DNA of 20,240 nucleotides from a bacterium (GCA_963663405.2 CAXXSM010000169.1:1-20240); one strand, 5' to 3'. Positions 1-8,465 are shown, counted from the stretch's first letter. The notes: generated from the sequence alone by a model not told the origin. Numbers and translations: made by a program.

Positions 1-155
1 GCGAGATTGCCACATTGCTCCCAAACATCATGATTAGTGGGATAATGATTGCGCAAGGCAGTAAGTGATGATTTGTTCCCTTTTTGGGCTTCCTCAATCC
101 ATTGATTGATTTGCATACTGGATGGATTGGCTACTTCAATCTGCTTTCTTGACAC
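1..155 (-). CDS. Hypothetical protein, N-terminal part, runs off the left edge; coupled to the 136-456 gene
   Basis: GTG at 155 after GGAGG and overlapping the end of the upstream ORF. Open frame to the window edge: VSRKQIEVANPSSMQINQWIEEAQKGNKSSLTALRNHYPTNHDVWEQCGNLA. Resembles, from memory, the partner gene that follows MAWEKR-type genes in satellite-like islands. Confidence 0.6.
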   Translation of the reverse strand, partial: MSRKQIEVANPSSMQINQWIEEAQKGNKSSLTALRNHYPTNHDVWEQCGNL

Positions 156-456
156 GCTTTTTCCTCCATTCTCCCCGCTTGTGTTGATGAAAACCAGCCA
201 TGTGGAAAGCGGAACGTACAAGAATTTCAACCGGTCGTACTATCTCTAAGATAGATGATTCCATTCGACGTAAACGCTCTATCATTTCCCTGATTTGCCG
301 CCGTTCTTCGTCTTTACGTTCCTTCTCCATCCGATCTATCTCAGCATGAATTTCGGCCACTCGACCGGTTCCGATATATTCTCTTTCAACACGGCCATTC
401 ACCCGCTTGCTTCGTGTGTAGTATAAACCGCCTCGTTTCCGTTTTTCCCAAGCCAT
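136..456 (-). CDS. Small basic hypothetical protein of satellite-like integrative elements
   Basis: 106-aa ORF with an N-terminal YYxRSxRxxGRVxREYIG beta-rich motif, a coiled-coil middle and a C-terminal GFHQHKRGEWRK. Lies directly downstream of the helicase and ori. Confidence 0.75.
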   Translation of the reverse strand: MAWEKRKRGGLYYTRSKRVNGRVEREYIGTGRVAEIHAEIDRMEKERKDEERRQIREMIERLRRMESSILEIVRPVEILVRSAFHMAGFHQHKRGEWRKKRVKKAD

Positions 457-570
457 CGTGTTGTGTCACGCCCTTTTCTATGCCCCGAATATAGATAATC
501 TTATTTTAGATATACTCCAAGGGAAATCAATACAATATTAGTATAAATAGAATTGTCATATTTGATGAGC

Positions 571-850
571 TAACCAACCTAACCGATCATAAACCGACTT
601 GGGTCGGTTTGAGAAAACTCCCTCTGGAAGGGGCTGGAACGCCCCTTTTAGACCACTAACCAGCCTAACCGACTATACTATGTACTATGTATGTGGGCTT
701 TGCCCCCCGTGTTTTTACATACGGGAAAAAACATGGGAGAAAAAGGATATAAATAGGTCTTGTAAAAAAGGCCGGTTAGTCGGTTTGAGAGTTAAGCGCT
801 TGAATGCTTTAGTTTTAGAGGCCGGTTTGTAGTCCGGTTATGGTCGGTTT
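571..850. repeat. Iteron-like repeat cluster, putative replication origin
   Basis: Nine AACCG/CGGTT cores (581, 592, 667 as AACCG; 605, 773, 781, 823, 835, 845 as CGGTT) and a palindrome AAACCGAC-ttgg-GTCGGTTT (591-610), immediately downstream of the helicase stop. Confidence 0.6.
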
Positions 851-3021
851 CAGTAGGCTCCAGCCAGTTCTAACCGGCCATTATCATATAATTCAAATCC
901 ATCTGGGACATCATTGTCGTATTCAGGCGGATTATCATGAAAAACTAAGTGGGCAATTGTATCATATGTAAGGCATATCCCACGTCGTTGCGATTTTCCA
1001 AATTCATTTATACATTGTTGCATAGTAGGTGTTTTAACAGTACACCCAGTTTTATCCGTCCGAATCCAGCCCTTGGTTTTCCAAGTCCTTAGAACTTCAT
1101 TATAATTCCTGTGCAAACACACTTTCTCTAAAAAGTTCCGAACAACTTCAGAGAAGATATAGACAGGTCCGACATCGCAATTCGGCGAATCAACACTTCC
1201 CCCGTTTATAGGCCATGAACCATAAATTTTAGAAGGAATAATTGGTTCAGGCGGATTATCGCCCCTGACAATCATCTTAAAACGCTGGTCAAAATTGACT
1301 ATATTTGTTTCACAGTATTGGTACAACTTGACGAATAAACGGGCGTAGATGTCCATTTCCACTACATCGCTCAAAATAAGATCAAACAGCCCTTTGAATT
1401 CTTCGGCGTTGTGTTCCCAAGGAAGCAATCCCGCTTCTTGCATGATTTCAGATGTCAAGGCATGAATAGCGAAACATTCGGCAATGCGGTATAGTTGGGC
1501 TTCATCTCGTCCGGAGAGTGAATCCTTGGCTATCTCCATTCGCCGTGTTCGCCAAGCCTTCGCCTTGTCCATATTATTAAGGATGTATTCAACAAAGCGT
1601 TTCCCGATATGTCCGTAATGTTCCAAGATTCCGCTTTTGATCTTTTCGATCAGTTCAGGCATAGAAGGGGCATTGGTCACGGCAAGGTTTGTACTTAAAC
1701 CAGCCCCGCCCATACTTAAGATGCGCGACGTAACACCCCCTTGTCCTGTCTTTTCTGTTATGGCTGATTCACTGGTCGTAAAGAAGGTTGTCCGTAGTGT
1801 GCTTTTAGCTTCAAGTCCGCCGGGGATTGTTGTTCCTCGTCCACGGCCATGACCGGAACACCAAGCATAAATCTGTTTTTGTATGGCGTCGTTTGTGTAC
1901 TTTCCAACGTTCTTGGTTTCGTCTTCATCAACGAACATCGGTAGACCGTTCTGCATGTTGGCCGAACGCTCAAAGGCTACACGGGTATCATCAAACGTAG
2001 TAACCAATTTTTTTGGCTCTCCATGTACAGACGCCATGAGATAAAGCCTCATGGTCTTCTGTGTCGTTGTAAAGCCGTGAAAGTTAATAACGTGGGGAAA
2101 ATCATGAAAGATAATATCGTTTAGGATAGAACTACATGCAGCCGGTAGACAAAACTTCATTCTTGGGTATGGGGCTAATAAAGCCCACATAGCCCGTTGG
2201 TCTTCGTAAGTCCCCCGTACTCGATAGGCTCCTGCTATCTGGACGTTTCCAGCGTCTGGTAATTCAAGTTCAAGTTCAACCTTTGGAGCGCCGGGTTGTT
2301 GAATAAACGTTGTCCCATACATGAATCCCTTGTATTCTTCAATATAGCCCATTGACGGCGTAACAATGGCGTATGATATGTTATTGGTGTTTACGTCATA
2401 AAAAGCAGATAAAAATTGAATGACTGCCCTGATATTGTTTGAATCCGCTGGAAAGCCCGCGTGTTTTGTAAAATGGTCTAGGTATCTTTGATTGGTTATG
2501 TAATGCCTAGGAAACGTTGCAATCTGCCAAACTTCGGCGCGCTTCCAGGCTAATTTAACAACTTCATAACTTGTCTTGATATTCCTCCCCCTATATGTAA
2601 TGATAATCGGACAGGCTATGACCTTTACACTCTCGAAAAAGATGCCTTCGTCCTTGACTGTGTAACTGGCAGGAAAAACCAATCCGGAGTCACAAGGGCA
2701 ATCGCTAAATACGTCTTTCACTGGAACACCTGGGGTGTTGGCCGGTTTCTTCTTGGCCTTCTTTAGTTCATCCCGCTTAGCCTTAACGATTCGTGCTAAG
2801 CCATCAACCTTATTTTTGTATACGCCCTTTGTGTCTCGCAGCCGTTCGAACATAGCTAACACTTTGGATTCCGGTTCACGGGTAAGCTGTTTTAATTTGG
2901 CGTCATCACTGATTAAAGCCTGGATATCTTCAGCCGTCTTGATGGAATCAAAATTGAATCGATTACTTTTCCAAAACGCCTTGAAATCGGCATCGGGGAA
3001 TTCCTTTTGAAGTCCGTCCAC
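850..3021 (-). CDS. DUF927-domain ATPase/helicase (Cch-like); probably the C-terminal part of a primase-helicase fusion
   Basis: DUF927-like region, variant Walker A GFTTTQKT, Walker B PMFVDE, GxGRGR motif, TSE and GGVTSR motifs, C-terminal winged-helix-like segment (VLRTWKTKGWI). Confidence 0.8.
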   Translation of the reverse strand: MDGLQKEFPDADFKAFWKSNRFNFDSIKTAEDIQALISDDAKLKQLTREPESKVLAMFERLRDTKGVYKNKVDGLARIVKAKRDELKKAKKKPANTPGVPVKDVFSDCPCDSGLVFPASYTVKDEGIFFESVKVIACPIIITYRGRNIKTSYEVVKLAWKRAEVWQIATFPRHYITNQRYLDHFTKHAGFPADSNNIRAVIQFLSAFYDVNTNNISYAIVTPSMGYIEEYKGFMYGTTFIQQPGAPKVELELELPDAGNVQIAGAYRVRGTYEDQRAMWALLAPYPRMKFCLPAACSSILNDIIFHDFPHVINFHGFTTTQKTMRLYLMASVHGEPKKLVTTFDDTRVAFERSANMQNGLPMFVDEDETKNVGKYTNDAIQKQIYAWCSGHGRGRGTTIPGGLEAKSTLRTTFFTTSESAITEKTGQGGVTSRILSMGGAGLSTNLAVTNAPSMPELIEKIKSGILEHYGHIGKRFVEYILNNMDKAKAWRTRRMEIAKDSLSGRDEAQLYRIAECFAIHALTSEIMQEAGLLPWEHNAEEFKGLFDLILSDVVEMDIYARLFVKLYQYCETNIVNFDQRFKMIVRGDNPPEPIIPSKIYGSWPINGGSVDSPNCDVGPVYIFSEVVRNFLEKVCLHRNYNEVLRTWKTKGWIRTDKTGCTVKTPTMQQCINEFGKSQRRGICLTYDTIAHLVFHDNPPEYDNDVPDGFELYDNGRLELAGAY

Positions 3022-4037
3022 TTCCGGTTTGTATCTGAATCATGGAACGAATTGATGAATACTTCGCCCGTGTCGTGATGTTGCCCGATATAAAAATGTT
3101 TAGGAGCGTATGGAGTGGAGTATTCTGCTTTCCAGGCTTCAGGTGGATCGCAGAAATATCTTGTGTGATCGCCAAGATCTTCTTGTTCGTGTAATGAAAT
3201 ACCTAAGCTTTGGAGTAAAGCAGGAACATCATATCTTTCATTGGCGTTCCGATTCTGCTTTTTGGTCTTTGGCGCTTTCTTTAAAATATTTTTTATATTC
3301 TCAACTAAAATGGGCTTGATTTCTTTTGGAAATTCAACGATTTCGGTGTCACGTTGCGGGCGTTCATCAGTGTGCGGGCCTTTCCTTGCGGGCGTTCCTG
3401 CAAGTTTTCCATAACGGGCGTCGTTATAAACTTTCTGGTCAATTTCGATTTTCACGCCTTCGATTTCTTTTGTGAACTTTTCGGCGACGGATTCAAAAAT
3501 TGCTTTCTTTTGCTCTACGGTTGCGTCTGGGAATTTATAGAGAAGGTGATACCCATTTCCTGACATTAGAAAAACAGGAGATGGAAATCCACATTTAGTT
3601 AAGTATTTCTGAATAAGTTTAGCCGTGTCATATGCAACGCTTCTTTCATGTTCGGTTGAATTCGTATTGGTTTCCCGCTTAACGTCAATGTCAATGTAAA
3701 AGTTCTCAACCCTCAGAATCTCATTATCACCCGCCGTAAGTCCATACGGAATAAGGGCGTCCATTTTGAACGTTTTCGCTTTATATTTCCAAGCATCGGG
3801 ATCTTCATAGCGAGTTTGTATGGCTTCAGCGTTAACCAAGTTCTGCTTAATCCAGACAGCCTTAATACTTCCATCCTTTATTTGTTTCTGAACGATCTCC
3901 AACGCTTTAGCCTTGGATGTGCAGAATATAGGCGTTACGCCCTTATCACGTTTGAAGCCAAGTTCTATTAGTCCGTCGTTGGCGTCATTAGGAAACAAAT
4001 AGTCTAGATGTTGTTTACTCATAGATAAATTCGACAT
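2913..4037 (-). CDS. Archaeo-eukaryotic primase (AEP/RepB'-like) domain; likely joins the DUF927 ORF across a 1-nt frameshift at 3005-3008
   Basis: Motifs FYIDID, MSGNGYHLLY and IDQKVYNDARYGKLAGT. Adding one A to TTC AAA AG GAA gives ...KWTDFKKEFPDADF..., a single ORF of about 1062 aa. Confidence 0.8.
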   Translation of the reverse strand: MSNLSMSKQHLDYLFPNDANDGLIELGFKRDKGVTPIFCTSKAKALEIVQKQIKDGSIKAVWIKQNLVNAEAIQTRYEDPDAWKYKAKTFKMDALIPYGLTAGDNEILRVENFYIDIDVKRETNTNSTEHERSVAYDTAKLIQKYLTKCGFPSPVFLMSGNGYHLLYKFPDATVEQKKAIFESVAEKFTKEIEGVKIEIDQKVYNDARYGKLAGTPARKGPHTDERPQRDTEIVEFPKEIKPILVENIKNILKKAPKTKKQNRNANERYDVPALLQSLGISLHEQEDLGDHTRYFCDPPEAWKAEYSTPYAPKHFYIGQHHDTGEVFINSFHDSDTNRKWTDFKRNSPMPISRRFGKVIDSILIPSRRLKISRL

Positions 4038-4196
4038 CCTTACCCTCTTTAATCATGCTTTACAAAAACATGCTTCATCCACTCCAGGATAGAATGGATC
4101 ACTGTTTACTAGATGCGCCTCTTTAATTGAGATGGTTTTTCCGCATCCATGACAGATAACATCATAATCATCATGATATTCATTTGTTGAATCCAT
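4015..4196 (-). pseudogene. Small CxxC...CxxC zinc-finger protein, apparently missing one base
   Basis: ATG at 4196 gives MDSTNEYHDDYDVICHGCGKTISIKEAHLVNSDPFYPGVDEACFCKA then TGA at 4053-4055, exactly where the fourth Cys is expected. Restoring one base gives ...FCKACIKEGKDVEFIYE*. Confidence 0.5.
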
Positions 4197-4200
4197 TTAC

Positions 4201-4428
4201 TTAATCCTTTCCATTATCGCTCGTGCTCGTACGTAAACGAGAATCAATCCATGCTGTTAAGTCTTTGAGTCGATATCGAATTGAACACTGGGAGACTCGT
4301 ACAAATTGAGGACCGCTCCCCACACACCGCCATTTCTGCATGGCGCGGGGAGTATAGCCCAAAAAAGCGGCGGCTTGCTTCTCGTTAAGCAGTTGTTCGG
4401 GGTGATATTCATTCGCTAGTTGTGGCAT
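4201..4428 (-). CDS. AlpA/excisionase-like helix-turn-helix DNA-binding protein
   Basis: LLNEKQAAAFLGYTPRAMQKWRCVGSGPQFVRV...IRYRLKDLTAWI is a typical HTH_17/AlpA pattern. AAGGAG RBS upstream. Confidence 0.88.
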   Translation of the reverse strand: MPQLANEYHPEQLLNEKQAAAFLGYTPRAMQKWRCVGSGPQFVRVSQCSIRYRLKDLTAWIDSRLRTSTSDNGKD

Positions 4429-4534
4429 TTTATTCTACTCCTTTGTTATGATGTGCTGATTCTGGAGAGGAGTATGGTCGTTTTTGTGAGGGATAAGGGG
4501 AGAATTATAGTGGTGTGACTATCTTGCCCCCTTG

Positions 4535-4547
4535 TAAGTTATTGATT
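4535..4547. promoter_or_regulatory. IHF-consensus site in an AT-rich divergent intergenic region
   Basis: TAAGTTATTGATT matches YAANNNNTTGATW, the reverse complement of WATCAANNNNTTR. Confidence 0.35.
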
Positions 4548-4713
4548 ATTAGAAGGTTATAATTATTTATTGACAAAAAACTAAGATGAAGATCGGATTG
4601 CGAGAGCCAAGCGGTCTCGAATCAAGAATGAAAATCCGGTTGAAAGGCCATCACAAGAACCGATTTCTGAAGAGGAAGAGCGGGCCTATGAAGCCTCGCT
4701 GTGTGAAGAACGA

Positions 4714-5082
4714 TTGATTTTGTCGGCGAGAACGTGGGAAGGTCTGGAGTCTATCCGGGAACTTTGGGAGGGGGATGTCGAGGAGAAGCCGTATTTGCGG
4801 GAGTTTGAGGAGTCAATTTTTGAGCGGGTGAATGCCGTTTTTGAACAGCGGGAGCGGGTGGGGGCGGAACTCGCCAGGCGGATCGAGGTGATGAAGGATC
4901 GGCGGAATGATCCGGCTTTCAACGTGCGGGAGTATGTTGAGGGGCGGCGGGGGGCTTGTGGAGAGTTTGAGGAATCGGTTGTGCGGGGGCATTCGTTGTT
5001 TGGGGAGTATGAGGAGTGGTTTCGGAAGTTGGTTAAAAGGGAAAGGAAGGTAGAAGGTAGAAGGTTGAAGGCTGAAGACTGA
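4714..5082 (+). CDS. Hypothetical Glu/Arg-rich protein, possibly 5'-truncated
   Basis: The frame is open from 4585 but the first usable start is TTG at 4714. Codon usage is G/T-ending, like the next gene. The 3' end runs into heptamer repeats. Confidence 0.5.
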   Translation: MILSARTWEGLESIRELWEGDVEEKPYLREFEESIFERVNAVFEQRERVGAELARRIEVMKDRRNDPAFNVREYVEGRRGACGEFEESVVRGHSLFGEYEEWFRKLVKRERKVEGRRLKAED

Positions 5083-5155
5083 AGGAAAAGCAAATACCGG
5101 CGCGGGCGCCGGAAAGGCGCCGAAGGCGCAATCCTTCAGCCTTCAGTCTTCTACC
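5049..5155. repeat. Inverted array of heptamer repeats enclosing a GC-rich two-hairpin insert
   Basis: GGTAGAA GGTAGAA GGTTGAA GGCTGAA GACTGAA GGA (5049-5086) pairs with TCC TTCAGCC TTCAGTC TTCTACC (5132-5155). The loop contains CCGGCGC-GG-GCGCCGG and GCGCC-GAA-GGCGC. Confidence 0.8.
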
Positions 5156-5172
5156 TAAAGGACTAATAAAAA

Positions 5173-5580
5173 ATGGCTGTTTATGTTGATGCTTTTCGGG
5201 TTGGTTCTGGGTTGAAGCGGCGGCAGCGTTTGATGGCGGATTCCGTTGAGGAGTTGCATTCGTTTGCCGAGCGTTTGCGGATTCCCCGGCATTTGTTTCG
5301 GAAAGCTGTTGTTCCTTATTATGAGATTTCACAGGAGGTGGGGGATAAGGCTGTGCATCGGGGGGCGCGGCGGATCGGGAAGGGTGAGGTGGAGAAACTG
5401 GTGAAGGTTTATCAGGATGCGCGGATGGCGCGGAAGATTGAGCGGGGGGTGGGGTGTCCGTATTGTGGGAGTGTGTATAGCAAGGTCATTAAAACGAGAA
5501 AAAAGGATGGATTCATTGTGCGCTATCGACGGTGTTTGAAACCAAAATGCGGGAAGAATTTTCTGACTGAGGAGAAATAG
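5173..5580 (+). CDS. DUF4031-domain protein fused to an Ogr/Delta- or NrdR-like zinc ribbon
   Basis: N-terminus MAVYVD...LMADSVEELHSFAERL...YYEI...AVHRGA is the DUF4031 pattern. C-terminus CPYCGS...RYRRCLKPKCGKNFLTEE is a four-Cys ribbon. Confidence 0.8.
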   Translation: MAVYVDAFRVGSGLKRRQRLMADSVEELHSFAERLRIPRHLFRKAVVPYYEISQEVGDKAVHRGARRIGKGEVEKLVKVYQDARMARKIERGVGCPYCGSVYSKVIKTRKKDGFIVRYRRCLKPKCGKNFLTEEK

Positions 5581-5658
5581 GTGTAAGAAGTAGTTTATAA
5601 TTTTTTTTATATTAACTAAATTTTATTTATGTATAGACTACTTTTCTATATTTATAAA

Positions 5659-5687
5659 TTGACATCTATTCATTAATATGAGATTAT
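5659..5687 (+). promoter_or_regulatory. Possible sigma70-type promoter for the WD40 gene
   Basis: TTGACA at 5659-5664, 17-nt spacer, weak -10 GATTAT preceded by TGn, in an AT-rich region. Confidence 0.35.
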
Positions 5688-5813
5688 TGCTTCTAATCCA
5701 CTTGGACAGGAAAAACATATTCTTTGAGGAACTAGCCTATGCTTTCCTATCATGTAGTATCTATCAACAACATATTCTATTTCTCTAAAAAAGATTTCAT
5801 CAAGGAAACAATT

Positions 5814-8465
5814 ATGTTAATATTAAAAGCAGTAATTCCAAAATTTATAATAATCTTCTTTTTTATTTTCTCATGTTGCATTTCCTGGAGCGCTTGTGAA
5901 ATCTGCAATGGGGATTTTGACGGGCAAGATCCTTTAAAATGTTGGGAACCAAAAACCTTTGGAGATGCATTCGTGAGTTATGATAGTAATACAGACACTG
6001 TTGGGCTTTATTCCCAGGGAGGTGCAATAAATGAATTAACCTCATCCTCCATATCTTTGACACAGGACATCGCTGGAATTGATAATATTTCAAGTTGCGA
6101 AGCGGTGTTTCATATCAATGTCACTAAATCACTTGGTGATAATGATTACGTACGTGTTGGATGGTTTCAACCAGGAGATACAAATTCGAGCGAATATACT
6201 AGAGATTTAGACATGACTAACGGATTCGTAATCATAAAGGTAACCTGCAAAAGCAATCGATATAAGCAATTGGGAATTGCTGTAAAATCGTTTGACACGC
6301 AAGTCGTAATGATCAAATCTATTCACGTAGTGCAACCTGAAGTACCAACGGAGATTCCTACTCCTTCACCTACTCCTTTCCCAACTCCAGGTCCAACAGA
6401 TGATGTTGCGCTATTAGAAGGAGAATTTCCATTGATCGGATCTTCAGGAGAGATGATCTTTGGATTCGGTGATTACACTCGAGGTATCTACTCTCCAGAT
6501 GGACAACAAATTTGGACCAATGGTATGGGATTTGCTGCAATATGGGATATTGAAACCGGGAAAGCAATATGGCATTCAAGCCATATTGCCGGATCTGAAA
6601 TATTTTCTCCAGACGGAAAATATATATTGGACTGTGAGAACAACGAAGTAAAACTGTGGGATGTAGAAGCAAACGCTGTAATACATGTGTTAAAGCATCC
6701 AGATTACGCATATTCCGCAGTGTTCTCACCGAATGGAAAAATCATATTAACTATATGCAGAGACGAAAAGGCAAGGTTGTGGAGTTTTGAAACTGGTAAA
6801 GAAATCTACACTCTCGATCACCCAGATTTTGTAAGAAATGCCAAATTCTTCCCTGATGGGTTGCGTGTTCTCACAGCGTGCTCTGATCTAACAGCGAAAG
6901 TGTGGGATGTTGAAACAGGTAGTCTTGTCCAAGAACTTAAAGGCCATATAAGTGAAATAATCAGTATGGCTATTTCGCCTGATCAACGCTACGTTTTGGC
7001 TGGAGCGTATTCAAGAACGGCTGTGATGTGGAATGTTGAAACTGGAAAAATAGTTCATAGGTTTCAACATGCGGACGCAGGTGTAAACTCAAACGGAACA
7101 CCGCAAGACGCAGTGAGTGCAGTAAAATTTTCTCCTGACGGGAGGCAAGTTCTGACAGGGAGTGCAGATAAAACTGCAAGACTATGGAACGTGGCAACCG
7201 GTAAAGAGATTCACTTATTCCCAAGTATAAGTTATGTTTCTTATGTAGATTTCTCCCCAGATGGGCGATTCATATTAACCGAAACATCAGACACTAGTAC
7301 GACTCTCTGGAATAGAGAGACCGGGCAACCCATCGATCAATTTAATCATGGCGATAAGATACCTCTTGATACTGCTTTCTTTTCGCCTGATAGCCAACAC
7401 CTCATGACAGAGGGAGATGGAATTCTAAAGCATTGGCGTATCTCAGATCACACAATTTTACTATCGCTCGGATTGTCATACGCCTTCTCGGATTCTACTT
7501 TCTCACATGATGGAACAATGTTCGGCGCAGGATGTAGTGACGGCTCTGTGCGAGTATGGGATACAGTTACTGGCGAAGAGATCCACATGTTTGGTGGACA
7601 CGAAGAACAAGTAGACTCAATAGCCTTTTCTCCTGATAGCCAGTTCTTATTGAGTGGAAGTTATGATAATACTGCAAGGTTATGGGACCTTACTACTGGT
7701 AAACAGATTCATGTAATCGAGCATTCTGGATCTCCTGTGTTTTTTTCACCGGACGGGCAACAGGCGTTAACAGGGAATTATCATGCGAAACTGTGGGATG
7801 TGGAAAGCGGTGAGATTTCCCATGTTTTTGAAGGAGAATTTGCAAGATCTTACTCTCCAGGTGGACAAGAAGTGTTAACGCAAGGGGATAGTTTTGTTGC
7901 AAATCTATGGGATGCTATTACGGGTAACTTAATCCAAACCTTTGTCCAATTAGATTATGATTCAATCACATCCTTGTTGTTTTCACCAGATGGAAACTAT
8001 GTTCTTATGGGAGCCTTTCACGGTTATGGTAAACTCTTTGATACGGTAAGTGGGGAATTGAAATACAAACTTAAATTTCATATAGCACCGAGTCTAGAAA
8101 TGATGGATTTCTCACCGGACGGGCAATACATATTGGCTATAGGTAAGTATGGTGAAGCAATACTATGGAACGTAGCTGATGGTAAAGAATTCCATAGGTT
8201 TGGATCTTCTGTGGATTTCTTGTTTTATTCCTCAAATGGTCAACAAGTATTTACAGGAAATACAGATGGCTACATAACAATTTGGAATACGGAGACTTGG
8301 GAGGAAGAGCGGACTCTTAAATGCGGTTCTGGAGGTGGTGGTTTCACCGTTGAATCCTATTTTTCTCCCGATGGACGACGAGATTTGTTGCTGACAAAAC
8401 ATAGTAAGTATATAGGAATTTGGCCTTTGTCAGATACTCCAATCCAAGATTGGCAATTTCATTAG
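5814..8465 (+). CDS. Secreted WD40 beta-propeller protein (signal peptide, N-terminal beta-sandwich-like domain, PT linker, about 16 WD40 repeats)
   Basis: ATG at 5814 after AAGGA (the ORF track starts at 5739). Hydrophobic signal KFIIIFFFIFSCCISWSA, linker PTEIPTPSPTPFPTPGP, about 16 FSPDG...LWD units. Confidence 0.88.
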   Translation: MLILKAVIPKFIIIFFFIFSCCISWSACEICNGDFDGQDPLKCWEPKTFGDAFVSYDSNTDTVGLYSQGGAINELTSSSISLTQDIAGIDNISSCEAVFHINVTKSLGDNDYVRVGWFQPGDTNSSEYTRDLDMTNGFVIIKVTCKSNRYKQLGIAVKSFDTQVVMIKSIHVVQPEVPTEIPTPSPTPFPTPGPTDDVALLEGEFPLIGSSGEMIFGFGDYTRGIYSPDGQQIWTNGMGFAAIWDIETGKAIWHSSHIAGSEIFSPDGKYILDCENNEVKLWDVEANAVIHVLKHPDYAYSAVFSPNGKIILTICRDEKARLWSFETGKEIYTLDHPDFVRNAKFFPDGLRVLTACSDLTAKVWDVETGSLVQELKGHISEIISMAISPDQRYVLAGAYSRTAVMWNVETGKIVHRFQHADAGVNSNGTPQDAVSAVKFSPDGRQVLTGSADKTARLWNVATGKEIHLFPSISYVSYVDFSPDGRFILTETSDTSTTLWNRETGQPIDQFNHGDKIPLDTAFFSPDSQHLMTEGDGILKHWRISDHTILLSLGLSYAFSDSTFSHDGTMFGAGCSDGSVRVWDTVTGEEIHMFGGHEEQVDSIAFSPDSQFLLSGSYDNTARLWDLTTGKQIHVIEHSGSPVFFSPDGQQALTGNYHAKLWDVESGEISHVFEGEFARSYSPGGQEVLTQGDSFVANLWDAITGNLIQTFVQLDYDSITSLLFSPDGNYVLMGAFHGYGKLFDTVSGELKYKLKFHIAPSLEMMDFSPDGQYILAIGKYGEAILWNVADGKEFHRFGSSVDFLFYSSNGQQVFTGNTDGYITIWNTETWEEERTLKCGSGGGGFTVESYFSPDGRRDLLLTKHSKYIGIWPLSDTPIQDWQFH

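Noticed and set aside
571-850. CRISPR array, or the 77-aa ORF 599-832 as a gene
   Set aside because: Repeats are only 5-10 bp, irregularly spaced and on both strands. The ORF has no RBS or recognisable motif and overlays the repeats.
4053-4055. Selenocysteine at the TGA in the CxxC position
   Set aside because: No SECIS-like hairpin directly downstream; a 1-nt deletion explains it more simply.
1637-7902. Short overlapping ORFs inside the primase/helicase, the 4714-5580 genes and the WD40 gene
   Set aside because: Fully nested in or antisense to stronger ORFs, with low-complexity translations typical of shadow frames.
5814-8465. NLR/STAND or HET-type WD40 immune receptor
   Set aside because: No NTPase or effector domain, a signal peptide is present, and the repeats are diverged rather than near-identical.
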